Of a DNA stretch of 64,000 nucleotides, positions 1 through 14,076 are shown piece by piece. The stretch comes from Felis catus (lineage: Eukaryota): NCBI RefSeq assembly GCF_018350175.1, contig NC_058368.1:166162001-166226000 (forward strand), in the 5' to 3' direction. Both the position numbers and the translations under genes were made by a program. Positions within the stretch are counted from its first letter, which is position 1, and each line of letters begins with the position of its first letter. Under the pieces are notes generated by a model. It worked only from the letters and a program-made list of their open reading frames with translations. It made no database searches and was not told where the DNA came from.

Positions 1-1149
1 CATGCTGGCTCTTTCTGAGATCTTTGATAGCTTCCAACTGGTTTGGAAGCTGAAGACAAGACCTGGCCAGCTCATGAGAATCTCTGCCGACTTTGCAAAG
101 ACATTTTTTGGTGGGAAATATTGGGAACTTAGAGGGTACCCCTATTTCCCATGCCCTCTTTGCACTAACAGGAATTCTACATACTCCCTCCCCTCAAAAC
201 AGTATCCCTTAGAGCTCTCTGAAAAGGTGTTCATTCCTTCCCTCATGCATCAGTCAGGCTGCACTTCCATGTCCCCGCTGACAATCCACCATCTCCTACC
301 AACAAACAAATCTTCCCCGACTGAATCTCATATGATTTTAGAGCACTATTCAAACCCCTACTTATGACTATAACCTCTAGATGATATATTAACAAACACC
401 TGGTTTACAATTTCCCTTCCCTCTGAATCCAACTTTTGGCACCATCGGAGATTTCTCCACTGTTGTGTGGGAGCCGGATTTCACAGTAACGTTCCATTCT
501 CCAGTCTACTCCAGTCACCTTTCGTGATTTCAACCTGGACCTTTCCTAGTCCAGGAGACATGGAAGTTACAGCTTTCTATTTCAGGAAGACAGAAGTCAA
601 ACTACAGAAGAGAGGATAAAAGAAAGGATTTGTTAAGACTGATAGGATAATATGGAATTTGAAAGAAGAAGTGACAGTAACTAATCAGGTACATATCCAG
701 TGGCAGAGTCAGTCAGATTAGAAGAGAGTGTAAAAAAGTGAGGATCAGGGATTGGAGGTACTAAAGAAATGGAGAACAGAGGTAGAAAAAGTAAGCATGT
801 GGGAGGAATAAAAAAACAGCGAATTGTGGTCAGGGATTCATAGGTAAAGACAAAATTAAAAACACCAGGAAATAATTTTTATTTCAAGTCTCTTTAATTG
901 CATCTACTTGTCACTGTATTTGATATGCTGACAAAAGGTGTTCTTTTTATGATAATCACTCTACTCTACAGTCTCCCCAGAAATACAGTCAAGTATTCAA
1001 GCTTTATTTTTCTTTAAATTTCTTTATTCTTTTCTGGTGGTATCTCTACCCTCAAGCCACCATCTACCTCAAAATTTCTTATAATTATCAAGTTTAAAAA
1101 TAGTTTCTTTCCTCTTCTATCCAAACTCAACAAAAGAGTATGTTTCATC

Positions 1150-1500
1150 TTCACCTAATATTTCCTCTTCCCCAACAGCCACTGAAAATGCTCTTCCTCA
1201 AAGTATCCAATGACCTCTTGTATTATTTTAATTCATCACTTTTGTTTGTCATTCTCATCCCCAAGGTCACTCCTCCCAACTCTTCTGAGAATTTCTTGTC
1301 AGCATCCTTTGCTGGTTGATATCACAACTTGAGCAATAACCTCATATGAAATACGAGAGTTGTGGGGTATTTTTTCCTCTTTCCTATCTCTCCCACTCAA
1401 CTGTGTAACTTTGAAGTAATGTCGTATTTATTCTTGTATCCCTTTGTAAAATGCCCCAAGTGCCTTAAAGCTTAGCAAAAAAAATTGCCTAATGAATATT
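1150..1500 (+). mobile_element. L2 LINE fragments (old)
   Basis: CTCTTCCTCAAAGTATCCAATGACCTC resembles the L2 motif GCTCTTGTCAAGGTCACCAATGACCTC; degenerate L2-like 3' end near 1430-1500. Confidence 0.5.
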
Positions 1501-2089
1501 TCATTAATTTCTAATTAATTTTAACCCTGTTACTTACATATATTTCCAGACATTTCACTCAAACACTAATGAAATTGCATGACCTTATTTATGCAATAGA
1601 AATCTGCCATGCGCATTCTAGAGGAAAGTTTTTTTTTTTCTTTTTCCAGAGCTCATATCAATAACCTCTGTGAAGAATTTCTTGCTATTTTTACAAAGTT
1701 TTAGAAAATGTTGAAAATGTACAAATAAAACATGTAAAGCTACTAAATCTACCTGTCCAAAGGTAACCACTAATCTGACCGTAAACACATACATTAGTTT
1801 TGGTTGTGCAGAATATTAGGTAGATCATATGGATATATGTTAAACTTTATAGACTAATGATAAAAAACAAAACAAATAGCAAATAAATGTGCAATTAGAA
1901 TAAAAATTACACAATAAAAATTTTAAAGATCTACTTGGAATTTAATATATATATATAAATGTGCATTTAATATTTAAATGTATTTATAAATTTATATATA
2001 AGCATATATATCTTTTAAGTTCTACAATGATAGAAACAATTTATTTCTGATATAAATAAATAAAATATAAATAAATAAAGAAGGTAAAT

Positions 2090-2480
2090 CTCTTCTAAAG
2101 ATGACATTAAACACTCATCAGTGAAGAGCAGGTATGGTGAAAAGTTGATGAAGAACAAGATCTATATTGTCTAAAAGAATCTTTCCACAAATCACTTACA
2201 ATTTATAAGACTATGCATTACAACTATACATGGAGAATCTAGTGTATATTTAACAAAGTGATCAAAGACATTATCAATATTGCATCAAACCAATTTCAAA
2301 GGCCTCCTGAATATAAGACACTTAGAAGGCAAAATCACAACTGTGATGCTCCTGCAAAAACTGCATAATCGTTATCAGATCATGAGAAGACATAAGAAAA
2401 ACAAATTCAGATATTCTACAAAATAATTGCCCTACATTTTTCAAAAATGTAATAGCCAAGAAGATAAAAGAAAAAAATCC
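2090..2480 (+). mobile_element. old L1 (L1MC-like) 3' UTR fragment
   Basis: AACAAAGTGATCAAAG, CTCCTGCAAAAACTGCATAATC and ATTCTACAAAATAATTGCC resemble L1MC 3' UTR motifs. Confidence 0.5.
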
Positions 2481-2814
2481 AAATATTGAAAAACCTGAAA
2501 AATTACTAAAAGTATTTTATATTTTCCCCTTGTAGATCATAAATTAATGCTTATATCTCCAGATTTAATGGATCTTAGTTGCATATACTTTCACTAAGTC
2601 CAATGTGTGTAAGAGCAAGTACAAAGAAAGGCACTCACTGTACTAAAGACACAATGACTGGAACTCCTTAGGGAATAACTTGATTTATGGTTGAAGAACA
2701 TGCAGTTTAACAAATAATATTTTGTACAGGAAAGATAGTGAAACATTTGTTATACACTGTGATTCAATACACTTTAATATAATTAAAAGCATTTTTAGTT
2801 TTTTGGTCTTTAGT

Positions 2815-3915
2815 TCATTTCATTGTAATTGAAATTTGTACTGAGATGATTTTTAGATTCATATGCAAATTATAAGAAATACAGAACCTACATACACTTT
2901 ATCCAATGTCCACCAATGGTAATATTTTACACAACTATAGTTTAATATTAAAACCAGGATATTTACATTGATACAATCTTCCAATCTGATTCAGATTTCT
3001 CCTGTTTTACTTGTATTCATTTGTGTATGCGTACTTATTTCTAAACTCAGGTTACACAGACAAAATACTGAACAGTTCCAGTATCGCAAAGACTCCCTCC
3101 TATTGCTCTTCTCCCATGCCCCTCCTGCCTGTTCCTACACACTGGCAACCACTAAACTGTCCTCCACTTCTAAAAGTTTTTCATTTACAAAATGTTAGAT
3201 TAAGTGGAATCATGTGTTATACTTCCCCTTTGAGACTGGTATTTCTCACTCAACAGAGTTTCACAGAGATTCATCCAAATTGTTAATACATCCAGTTTGT
3301 TCCTTTTTATTGCTGAGTTGTGCTACATGGTGTACATGTACATACACACAGTTTGTTTGACCATTTACCTATTGAAGAACATCTGGGAACACGGCAGTTT
3401 GTTTGTTTTTGTCTATTATAAATAAAAGTTGCAACAAACATTTATGTATTAGTTTTTGTGTGAACACAAATTTTATTTCTCTGGAATAAATAACCAAGAG
3501 TATAGCTATTGAGTTGCATGGTAGTTGTGTGTTTAGTTTTCTAAGAGAGTGTCAAACTGTTTTACAGATTGACTGTACCATTTACATTCCCATGAGCAAA
3601 TTATGAGTGATCCAATTTCTCCCTGTTCTCACCAGCATTTGTTATCATCATTTTTTAAAAAGTTATTCTGGGAAGTATGTAGTGACATCTCATTGTGATT
3701 TTAATTTTTCTCTCCTTGCTGGCTAATGATGGTGAATATCTTCAGTGAAATGTCTGTTCATGTCTTGTGTCTATTTCCAAATTACACTTTCTTTCCTAAT
3801 TAATTTCCACTGTTGAATTTTGAGAGTTCTTTGTGTATTATAGATATTGATCCTATTGTAGATATTTGCAAATATTTTCCTCCAGAATGTAGCTTGTCTT
3901 TCATCTTCTTCACAT
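2815..3915 (-). mobile_element. old L1 (L1MC/MD-like) 3' end and ORF2 end
   Basis: Antisense L1 motifs: TTTTAGATTCATATGCAA, CCTTTTTATTGCTGAGT, GTCAAACTGTTTT, ACATTCCCA, TTTGCAAATATTTTC. Confidence 0.85.
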
Positions 3916-3924
3916 AGGCCTTTT

Positions 3925-5255
3925 TAAGTCCACTTTACTGAAGTTTAACTTATATACAAAGAACTAAATATATTTACTGTGCATAATTTGATGCATTTGG
4001 GCATATGCAAACACCTGTGATACTATCACCACAAGCAATGTAACAGACATATCCAACACCTACCCAATTTTCCTTATTTGCCTTTGCTTTTTTTTCTTGT
4101 TTCTTATTTGTTTTGTTTTTCTGTGGCAAGAGCACTTAATGTGACATCTACCCTCAATAAATTTTAATTTAACGCTTATTCATTTTTGAGAGAGAGGGAG
4201 AGACAGAGCATGAGCAGGGGAGGGGCAGAGAGAGAGGGAGACACAGAATCCGAAGCAGGCTCCAGGCTCTGAGCTGTCAGCACAGAACCCATGAACCGTG
4301 AGATCATGACCTGAGCTGAAGTTGGATGCTTAACTGATTGAGCCACCCAGGAACCCCTCAATAAATATTATGGTACAACAATACCGCATTGTTTACTATA
4401 GGCACTATGATGTATAACATATCTCTAAATCTTACTTCTTTAGGATCAGTGAAATTTTATATCCATGGAACGTCTCCTTGTTTCCCCCATCCTCCAATTC
4501 CTGTAAATCACTATTTATTCTCTGCTTCTATGAGTTTATTTTAGATACCTCATATAAGTAGAATCACGCAATATTTGTCTTTCTGTGACTAGGTCATTTC
4601 ACTTAGCATAACGTCCTTCATCCATTTTGTTGTAAATGTCAGGACTTCCTTCTTTTTCAAGGCTGAATAATATTCTTCCACATGGAATGATGGAATGATG
4701 TACACACCACATTTTCTTTATCCATTCTTCTGCCAATGGACACATGGATAGTTTCCATATCTTGGTGACGGTGAATAATGCTGCAATGATGATACAGTTT
4801 TGAGATCCTCATTTCAATTCTTTTGGATATACATGCCCAGAGTGGGATTGCTAGATCATAAGACAGTTCTACTTTTAATTTTTAAAGGAATATCCAATAG
4901 CTGCTGGATTATAGCTGCTATACCAGTTTACATTCCCACCAACAATATTCAAGTGTTCCCCTTTCTCTGCATCCTTGACAGCACTTTTTACCTTTTATTT
5001 TGTTTGATAATGGCCATCCTAAAAGTGTGGAGTGACATTTCATTGTAGTTTTGGTTTGCATTTCCTGAAAATTCATGATGTAGGAGCATCTTCTATACCT
5101 GTTTGCCATTTGTATGTTCTCTTTGGAGAAATGCCTGTTCAAATTCTTTGTTCATTTTTTAATCTGGTTTTGTTTCGTGTTTTTTTGTTTGTTTTGGTTT
5201 GGTTTTGGTTTTGGGGTTTTTTTGTTTGTTTGTTGTTTGTTTTTGCTATTACGTT
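3925..5255 (-). mobile_element. L1MA-like element inserted into the older L1
   Basis: Second L1 3' end begins near 3925; ORF 4918-5142(-) MNRHFSKENIQMANR...CWWECKLV is L1 ORF2 C-terminal sequence. Confidence 0.85.
4167..4357 (-). mobile_element. Can-SINE (SINEC), internally deleted
   Basis: Antisense tRNA-like head and (GA)n body; TSD TCAATAAAT(T/A)TTA at 4154-4166 and 4358-4370. Confidence 0.95.
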
Positions 5256-5389
5256 GCAGGACTTTCACAATGGACTGTGTAGACCAAATGTTGCTAATAT
5301 TGATGAGACCCAACATATATGTTTCTTTTTATGGACGGTATTTTCATCCTTAGATAATGAACTCTGACTAGTGACAGGCCCCAGACATG

Positions 5390-6790
5390 TTCTTTTTTCC
5401 CTCTTAAATGCTGCATTGTTTTATGTTTTACATTTATATTTGTGATCCATTTTGAATTAATTCTTTTATCCTATGTGAAGTTCAGGTTGAGGTTCATTTT
5501 TCACCTAAAGATGACGAATTGTCCCAGCACCATTTATCAAACAGACTATCTTTCTTCTATTGATATGCTTTTGTTGCACCTTGTCAAAAATCAGGTGGGC
5601 ATATTTGTGTGATTATACAACAGTTTCATTTATCTATGTGTCTATAACATCACCAATAGCAACTCTCTTGTTTACTGTAGCTATATAGCAAAACTCAATA
5701 CTCAGTAGAGTGACTAGTCCCACTTCACTCTTAGTCAAGATTGCATTACCTATTACATTTTCTTTACCTTTCTATATAAATTTTTGAATAATTTTGTCTG
5801 TGTTTACAAAAACTTTGCAGGAATTTCTATATTAATTGCATTAAACATGAATATCTATTTGGGAAAACATATTTGCTATCTTGAGTCTTCCACTCCATAA
5901 ACATGGTATGTTTATGTATTTAGGATTTCTTTAAATTAGCATATAGTTCCTATAAATATTTATTAAGTGTTTACTAAAGTATTTCATTTTCTTTGACATA
6001 GCTATAAATGGTTTTGTGGTTTTAATTTTCATTTTTGTGTGTTCATTATTAATATATGGCAATGCAATTGTTAACACATTGGTCTTTTTAATAGTTACCT
6101 GCAGAGGCAGATGGACACTCAAATTTTGATATGACAATATAACGCATACACCAAGAAGGTATGAAAGGTTTATTATATTACTGAAGTCTCTGAGGGAAGA
6201 AAAAAGACCTCTCAAGTAGGTCCAAAATGGCTTGAGAGAACAAGGAAAGAAGGCTGGCTTAGTTTTATATCATAGTTAGGGGGTGGAGCTAGGGAAGGTA
6301 CTCCTATACAGTGAATTCCTTGCATGGTTTGAACTCCTCTCATGTATCAAAGGATGGACTGCCCAGGCTTTTCACCAGCTAGTCCAAATGTGGGTCACAA
6401 GAGAATAAAGGATGAGTGACACATAGAAGCTCTCACAATCAGTATCAATAATGAAGTCAGACCCCTCATTACATTCTTGTATCATGCAACTCTGACATGC
6501 AAACTTACTAGTTGCACAGGTGTTTTTTAGATCCTTAAGCTATTCTACATATGCAATCATGTCATCTGCAGAGACCAGCTTATTTTTTTCCTTTCCATTC
6601 TTTATACCTTTATTTGTCTTGACTTATAGTACCTAGAACTTCTAGTGCTGTTCCCAATCCTAGGGGGGGCATATTCACTTTTTCATCACTAAGTATGATG
6701 TTAGTTAGCCATTTTAATGAGTTCAGTGGATGTTCTGTCAAATGTTGTTTCTATGTCAACTGGTATAATCCTATGATTTTTCTTCCTTGC
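5390..6790 (-). mobile_element. continuation of old L1 ORF2, interrupted by an LTR
   Basis: TGATCCATTTTGAATTAATT, CCAGCACCATTTA, ATCATGTCATCTGCA (antisense of the A-D-D-M-I RT motif). Confidence 0.8.
6101..6473 (-). mobile_element. solo LTR, ERVL class (MER54/MER74-like)
   Basis: TG...CA termini; minus-strand TATA-like ATATAAAA and AATAAA; splits a contiguous L1 sequence. Confidence 0.65.
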
Positions 6791-8610
6791 CATGCCAATA
6801 CTAAATGCCACTATAAATGTCAAAAATCAAATATTTAAGATTTAAACTTATTAAAAATAATTTAATTCCCAATCAGCTTGTCTCAAAATCACTGGGATTT
6901 CCTACTGCAAGTGACAGGGCAAACCAAATGTTTATTCTTATTACTTTGTAAGCTTTTGTTTTTATCTAACAATATTTCCCTTTTTACTTGGATATAGCAC
7001 AGTGCAGCCTAGGACTTTTTGTACTTAGTCTCCTAATAAAATTTGTATTGTTAATAATAATGATGATAGTGATGTTTTCCCAAACCTAAAAATGGGCCAT
7101 GCAAAACTATTCACAGATTTGCAAGTAAAGTTGATGTGCTTTCAGTGATTATCTTTTGTGGTATATTAAACCCATAAGATAGGTTTTATTTTCTAGTTAT
7201 ATATACTCAACTAACCAAAAGTTGAGTGAACAATGGTTTTCTAGCTCTTTCACTAGTTATCAGTTCTGTTTCCTTTTCCTGTACAATCACTTATTCATGA
7301 AGAAGAAAAAAAATTCTTTTGGCACCTTTTCTCTGAACCATTTCTACCAATTCGGTCTAAGTTGTTCAAGGCACTCTATTTTTATGGTGAGGTCTTTTGT
7401 TGATAAAATGAGAGCCCGCATTTACTACAAGTATTCTTCTTGGAGGAGGGCAGACCAGAAATCACTGCTAGCTGGAACAAGAACTTTCTGCCTTGGCTCC
7501 ATTTATGATAAAGGCCAAATCTTTGATGAACACTGTGTTGGTGACAGTGTTGGCATTTAGCAGCAGTGACCTCCTGTGTGGTAGAGACAGGGAAGGTAAA
7601 CTTCTTCCACTTTAAGGAAGAAAAGGGCAATTAAAACACTGTCGTGTGTCTTCACTCACCCTATTGTTTCATGTATATTTGCAGATGTTTAAGTATTGTA
7701 AATTTCTTCACATAAGTTTCATGTAAAATACCATTAGGTGACAAGGAGTCTCCCACATATGAACTAAAATTCCTGGAGCACGTCCATGCTAAACAAAACT
7801 TTGTGTCAATGTCAGCTGTTCCAATGTACTTAAATCTTTCCAGAAAGCAGAAAGATGATAATGTGAAATCATGTAAGTGCTTGGGGATCTCCCACAGTCA
7901 TAAATCATAAATGGAAAACAAAGCAAGCCCTGGGCAAAACTGCATAATAGAGGAAAGCGTGTCTTTGGTACTCCCCCAACTTTCTCAATGTGTCTCTCTT
8001 CTATTTCTGGGTTTCTGTGTAAAGTCTAACATTCTCATTTTTTCCTTTTACTAGATCAGGGTCAACTCTAGCTCCCCATGAGTAGAGTGCTACTGACTAA
8101 CAAGGCCCTCCGTCTATTCTATAGAACAATGGTAATTTTGCTAACTTTAGTTATAGTTCTTCAGGGAATATGCAACTAAGATGAAAACACATACACAGGA
8201 TTCACTAAATTAGTAAATATTATAAACCTAGCCATAGTGCAACACATCTCATAACTGCTGAGATAAGCAAATACATTTAAAGCATAGCATGAGCATCTAC
8301 AAGGTGTTAGTAACTTTAAGAGTTATTAACAATTAAATAACTAGTGAATCTGTTCCTGAGGAGGTGCTATTAAGATAACAAAACTATGTCTGTCTGTCTG
8401 TCTATCTCAAAAGTACACTTGTTTTTTATCTAAGTTTTGTAGGAATGTTTCCTTAGGTTTCAATAGATAAGATTTTTTTCTTGATAACCTCCATACAAGA
8501 AATGCAGAAAAAATAGGAGTCATGTGAAAACAACTGCTATTAATGAAAAATTGTCAATTCTGACAAATAGCATGCAGTAGTGATGCTTTTAAAAATGTAA
8601 TTGTTTCTGT

Positions 8611-8812
8611 GGGGTGCCTGCGTGGCTCAGTGGGTTAAGCATCTGACTTTGGCTCAGGTCATGATCTCGCAGTTCATGAGTCTGAGCCCTGCATCGGACT
8701 CTGTGCTGACAGCTCAGATCCTGGAGCCTGCTTCAGATACTATGTCTCTCTCTCTCTGTCCTTCCTCCACTCCGCTCTTTCAAAAATAAATAAACATTAA
8801 AAAAGTAGTTTT
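8611..8812 (+). mobile_element. Can-SINE
   Basis: GGGGTGCCTGCGTGGCTCAG head, CT body, AATAAA tail; degenerate TSD AAAAATGT.ATTG.TTCTG. Confidence 0.95.
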
Positions 8813-10758
8813 AAAAAATGTGATTGCTTCTGCTTCTGAGCCTTTGTTTACTTCTCTTAAGTTTAAAAGTTTTGTAAAGGATTAAAATAGTTGAACTCTG
8901 TGTAGGAAACCTTAGATAACATGGATAAGTTCTAAAGTTATATTCTAAATATACATTCATGGCTCAGATGCACAGAAATGTAACATTAATTTCCCATAAC
9001 AAATTCAACTTAGCTGAGAAGCACCTAATTCTGTTGATATCTAAAAACTCTTAACTTCAGCCCACCATTCTTCCTATAAGTGACTTCCATAAGACTACGG
9101 ACATTATTTTATTTCTACATGTTATACCAGATGCTCAATAAATAACTGTATAATAAAGCATTAAAATTTCCCATTTTATAATAGTCTTTACTAACAGATA
9201 TGGGCTCACTTCTGTTTTAAACATTGACTGTTTTGAGTATATATTCATTAAAATGTAAGACTTAACCCATGGATTTCCCATTTTGAAGTAAGATGGTCTC
9301 TTGCCAGCCCTTTAAATGGCAAGCAGGGAACAGCCATCTGATACTGGATTGACCCTCAACATATCTAGACTTACGTTTTCCACAGGCCTCAGGCCTCGGG
9401 CTTAATTTGCACCATCCCTATTCTATAGTTTATTCTCATTAAATCTATTTTCCAATAACCTAGATTCTAGCAGAATAGAGCCTGCCTGAATATTCCAAAT
9501 TGAGCCCCTGGAATTCAACATATACATGTCTATATGCACTGATCACCTCAAAAGTGTTTGATCTCAAATCAAAGTACCAACTATAAGCTAAAGCATCTCT
9601 TCATTACTTTGACTTTTTTACTCTAGATCCTACCTACTACCTCCTGAAGTGGAGGGAAATATCATTTGTTGAATGGCAAGAAACATCTGGAAAAATAAAA
9701 AATACCTTGTTTACAAATCTTCAAATATTATCCCATGATAAAATTTAATGGAACATTGTAGTAGGGATCAAAAAGACTTTGAAATATAAATTAAACCTTC
9801 TAATGACAAAGAGATAAGAGACTACTGAAGAAAGAGAAAATGGGAATTTTAGAAAAGTAAAACAAACACTCTGGGCCTCTTCAAATGTAACTATCTGATG
9901 CAAATAATCAACAAAGTGCAATGTATTTGAGAGAACTCAACTAACAAATAAAGACCAAAACTACTGGCAACTGGATATTATTCTTACACTTTCAACTTTC
10001 TATTCCACCTTAAATATGCCTCTTCCACAAAAAAATAATTTATTCTTTCATAATATTCTAAATTCTAATACTATAAAATATATTCTATATTAGAATGATA
10101 TAATATTCTAATATTCTAATAGTTCCAGTTATCATCTTGAAGCCAATGAAACAGACTTTTGAGGGAATCTGATTTTATCTTCTGAAATACTGTTTTCTTC
10201 ATGGACTTCTGCAGGTTGTCGGTTTTTTTTTTCCTCTTCTTAAGAGCAAGACCTATATCTCATTTAATATTATTCTGAAGAAGAATGACTGTTGTCATTT
10301 ATTTACTTAAATATATATATAATGAAATCAAATATCTTACAATTTTATTTTTAACTATTAGAAATCTGAGCATGGTTTGCTCACTGGGTCTGTCTCTACT
10401 AACGTGTTAACTGAAAGAGTAACCAACATTTCAGGCTCCATCACATATAGCAAGAGAAAATGTCCTAGGATGGGAAAGGCCTCTTAGTAATTCCAAGCCA
10501 CATTACATTGCTGAATACTTATTGAGCTCTTCAAACAATCTGTAACACTCTTCCTATCTCTTACAGAAAATGTTTATATTGTGATGTTTCCCAGTTTTTG
10601 AGGATGAAGTATTTACAAACCCATTCCTTAACAAAGACCTATTAACACAAACAGCTCAATAAAATAACACATTAACATTTTGTTTCAACTCCTCCCAAGC
10701 TATACATTCCTTTCTGAAAAGGGAAAGAAATGAAAACTTTCAACAAAAATGCCCTTCA

Positions 10759-10964
10759 GAGGCACCTGGGTGGCTCAGTCGGTTGAGCGGGCCGACTTCA
10801 GCTCAGGTCATGATCTCACAGTTCATGAGTTCGAGCCCCGCGTCGGGCTCTGTGCTGACAGCTCAGAGCCTGGAGCCTGCTTCACATTCTGTGTCTCCCG
10901 CTCTCTCTGCCCCTTCCCTGCTCATGCTGTGTCTCTCTCTGTCTCAAAAATAAATAAACATTAA
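10759..10964 (+). mobile_element. Can-SINE
   Basis: Full-length body; perfect TSD AAAAATGCCCTTCA at 10745-10758 and 10965-10978. Confidence 0.97.
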
Positions 10965-13067
10965 AAAAATGCCCTTCAACTCTCAAATAACCATTTCATA
11001 GTCCATTGTAATGATTAAAGCTAAATTACATGCAACAGATCAACAGTGGCACAAGAAACTGCAAATTATGGGGGTGAGGGGGGGAAGGCAGTTATTTGCT
11101 TGATGTCTGCCAAACAGTCTGCTGTCAAATATATGCTGGCTGAGAAAATACTAAAACCTAAAATTCTAGCATCGACTTCAAAGTATCACACTTTCATTAG
11201 GCAAATAATCCATGGACAATGAACTCTAAAAGCAATCCTTAACTAGAAATAGGCTATAGACATGCCAAGTATGTATCTGGATTGAAGTACTCTTTTGTGT
11301 ACTTCCTAATTTTTCTGATAACTTATGTGACCAGAAATTTTGGGAGTATTTAGTCACACAGCATAAGAAAAGATCCAAATAAATGCAAAGAGAAAACCAA
11401 GATATAACAATGTGCCACTTTCCTCTATGTGAATAATCCACTAATTATGAAAGTTCCCTAAGATTTTCAGGACCAAAAGAGTCAATTTTCTCATTTTTCA
11501 GGACTTATTTAACACCGCTGATTTGCTATCTCTTATAGGGTGTACCTCATTATCTTTCAAATTTGCATAATCACAGAATGCTTGATTAAGGAATGGAAGC
11601 ATTGAGTGTAATGGATATGCATGCATGATTAACTGTAGGAGGGGATCTGTAATTATGTGATGTATAAATATACATCTATATACTTTAAACCTTCATAATA
11701 AACACAACAAAGTCTTGGTATTTATTTTAAAATTCTTCTGGTCATAACCTAAAAAAAAATATTATGATTAAAAGAACCACAAAAGGTCTTGATCACACTT
11801 TTCCAGAGGTTAAAAATTACAGTGTAGTATAAAATTATTATTCACTATTAAACATAGTGGTTATCTTTTGGAAAAATAGGTAGAACTTTTGGTTCCCAAG
11901 GTAGTTTTGTGCTTTGAGACCTACATTCCCAATTCATTAGGCGTGCAGAGAGAGTACTGATAGGGTGTTTGTCTAAAATCTCTCCTCTTCACTCATTTTA
12001 ATTGAATTGGAAACTGACACATCCTTTATACACTTCTCCTCCTCCATCACTCCCCATTCTCTTGTATAAATATGCCCACAAAGAGATACCACACCATGAT
12101 TGCTTCCAAATATCAATGTGAACTTCAAACTCACCAACTGGTAACTAATGAATTACCAAGTGGCATATTTGTATAAAACGAGAATGGCAAACTGCTATGA
12201 AATCTATTTCCATAGCAGACTTAAAAAGCCAATTAACTAAACTAAAATTTCAACCAAACTCTAAATATCCTAATAATCATATTGTAACAGAACTAGAAAT
12301 TTATTTATATGAGTCAAACGTTTTTTTTTTTTTTTGCAAGTCCCAGATGAGTAGTATTTATCTACTTACCTGGGTTCGGTCAATACAGATATTTGGTATT
12401 TATAAATATTTGTTTCCACAAACTGTGTGATGTAGCATTTATCTTTTTTTTCTATTACATATGCTGATTAAGAAAACTGACAACCACTGATAATGGAAGT
12501 CTTTTTTTCGTAAATTATTCTGAAGCATTTCATCTGTGATAGTTTAAAAATACATTTTAAACAAATTTATGTAGGGTTATGTAAATAATATGTATTTAAC
12601 AAAATAATTTTTTACATTTGTATAGGTTTGTTTTTGAAAAAGGAAAAATTACTGTACATATTTAATTAACTCACTTGCAGCCCTTATCGTGAACTACATA
12701 CTACTCAGTTTTCATCAGTCCAATATTTTACTGAAGAAAACCTAAAAGGATATCATCCTTAAATGTCATCTTCATTTTCCACCTCACTAAAGGGCTCTTG
12801 TAATTTGCAAAAGTGAGAGTGAATTTCTTGCTAGGTCACTTAGTGATTCTCTGGAGTGAGTTGATGCCTGATATATGAAAAGCCTTTTGTGAAAGATCTG
12901 CAACCAGAATGAGGAAAGAATAAACCATGTCAAGTTACCAAAAGGAATGCTAACTAGACATGTGATCTTATATATTGCTCTGTTTGCTTACTTGAAGGGA
13001 AAAATTATAAAATAATAAAGTGAATAAACAGTTTTATTACATCTGTAGTGGTAACATTTTCTTTTCT

Positions 13068-13282
13068 CTTTTAATTTTTTTTAATGTTTGCTTATTTTTG
13101 AGAGAAAGAGAGAGAGTGAGAGCAGGGGAGGGGCAGAGAGAAAGGGAGACACAGAATCCAATGCAGGCTCCAGACTCTGAGCTGTTAGCACAGAGCCCAA
13201 GGCAGGCCTCGAACTCAGGAACCTGAGATCATGACCTGAGCCGAGCTTGGGTGCTTAAATGACTGAGCCACCCAGGTGCCCC
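13068..13282 (-). mobile_element. Can-SINE
   Basis: Ends GAGCCACCCAGGTGCCCC; T-rich tail and (GA)n. Confidence 0.95.
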
Positions 13283-13304
13283 TCTAATATTAATATTAAT
13301 AATG

Positions 13305-13375
13305 AAAAGGAGGAGGAGGAGGAAGAGGAAGAAGAGGAGCAAGAAGAAAGTAGAAGAAGGGCAAGATGGAGAAGG
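13305..13375. repeat. purine-rich (GAG/GAA)n low-complexity tract
   Basis: GGAGGAGGAGGAGGAAGAGGAAGAAGAGGAG... Confidence 0.8.
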
Positions 13376-13439
13376 TAAAACTATGTGAGAAGGTTATCAC
13401 AATAATGACAAATATAGGGACAAAACACAAAAGCTTCAG

Positions 13440-13680
13440 TTTACTTAGTATACATTTTCTTGTTATTGGGTGATTGTTTCTGTCCAGTACTAAGCAAAAT
13501 CTTTTTTATGCATGCAGTCATTTAATCCTCATGTCATCATCTACTTACGGAATCACTGTTTTTCCATATCATAGGTAAAAATACTGTGACTTTGGTAAGA
13601 AAACTTACCAGCTCATTTTACTGCAGAGTTTGAATTAATACCTATTCTGTCAGACACTACTGTTTGAGCTCTTGAACTCT
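13440..13680 (-). mobile_element. MIR fragment
   Basis: TCATTTAATCCTCA core and surrounding degenerate MIR sequence. Confidence 0.55.
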
Positions 13681-13864
13681 ATTTTTTTCTGTTCATTCTT
13701 AGATGGTGTTAGTCCACCAAAACTCACTTTAGTAAAATAAATCATAAATTGGTTATGATGTAAGTATCTTTCCATTTTACTTTCAGATAAAACTTGTGAA
13801 CTTAGTTATGAACTCATCTATATTTTTCTTCCTCAAATAGCAAGCATGTATAAAAATAAAATCA

Positions 13865-14076
13865 GGGGCACCAGGGTGGTTTACTTGGTTAAGCGTCCAA
13901 CTTCGGCTCAGGTCATGATCTCATGGTTCGTGAATTCAAGCCCCGCATCACGTTCTGTGCTGACAGCTCAGAGCCTGGAGCCTGTTTCAGATTCTGTCTC
14001 CCTCTCTATCTGCCCTCCTCTGCTCACACTGTATCTCTCTCAAAGTAAATATAAACATATACAAATTTTTAAAAAT
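13865..14076 (+). mobile_element. Can-SINE
   Basis: GGGGCACC head, GGCTCAGGTCATGATCTC, A-rich tail. Confidence 0.95.

Noticed and set aside
2..367. 121-aa ORF at the window start
   Set aside because: No recognisable protein; lies in L2-like decayed sequence
7060..7580. Minus-strand bornavirus-N-like words (HCC...SSKI, LLQ, EQLR)
   Set aside because: Low-scoring blocks needing several in-frame gaps; similar matches appear in the antisense of the EEF2 pseudogene, an informal negative control
12362..12425. Perfect minus-strand donor CAG/GTAAGT with a possible 53-nt exon
   Set aside because: Weak acceptor, no recognisable peptide, no partner exons
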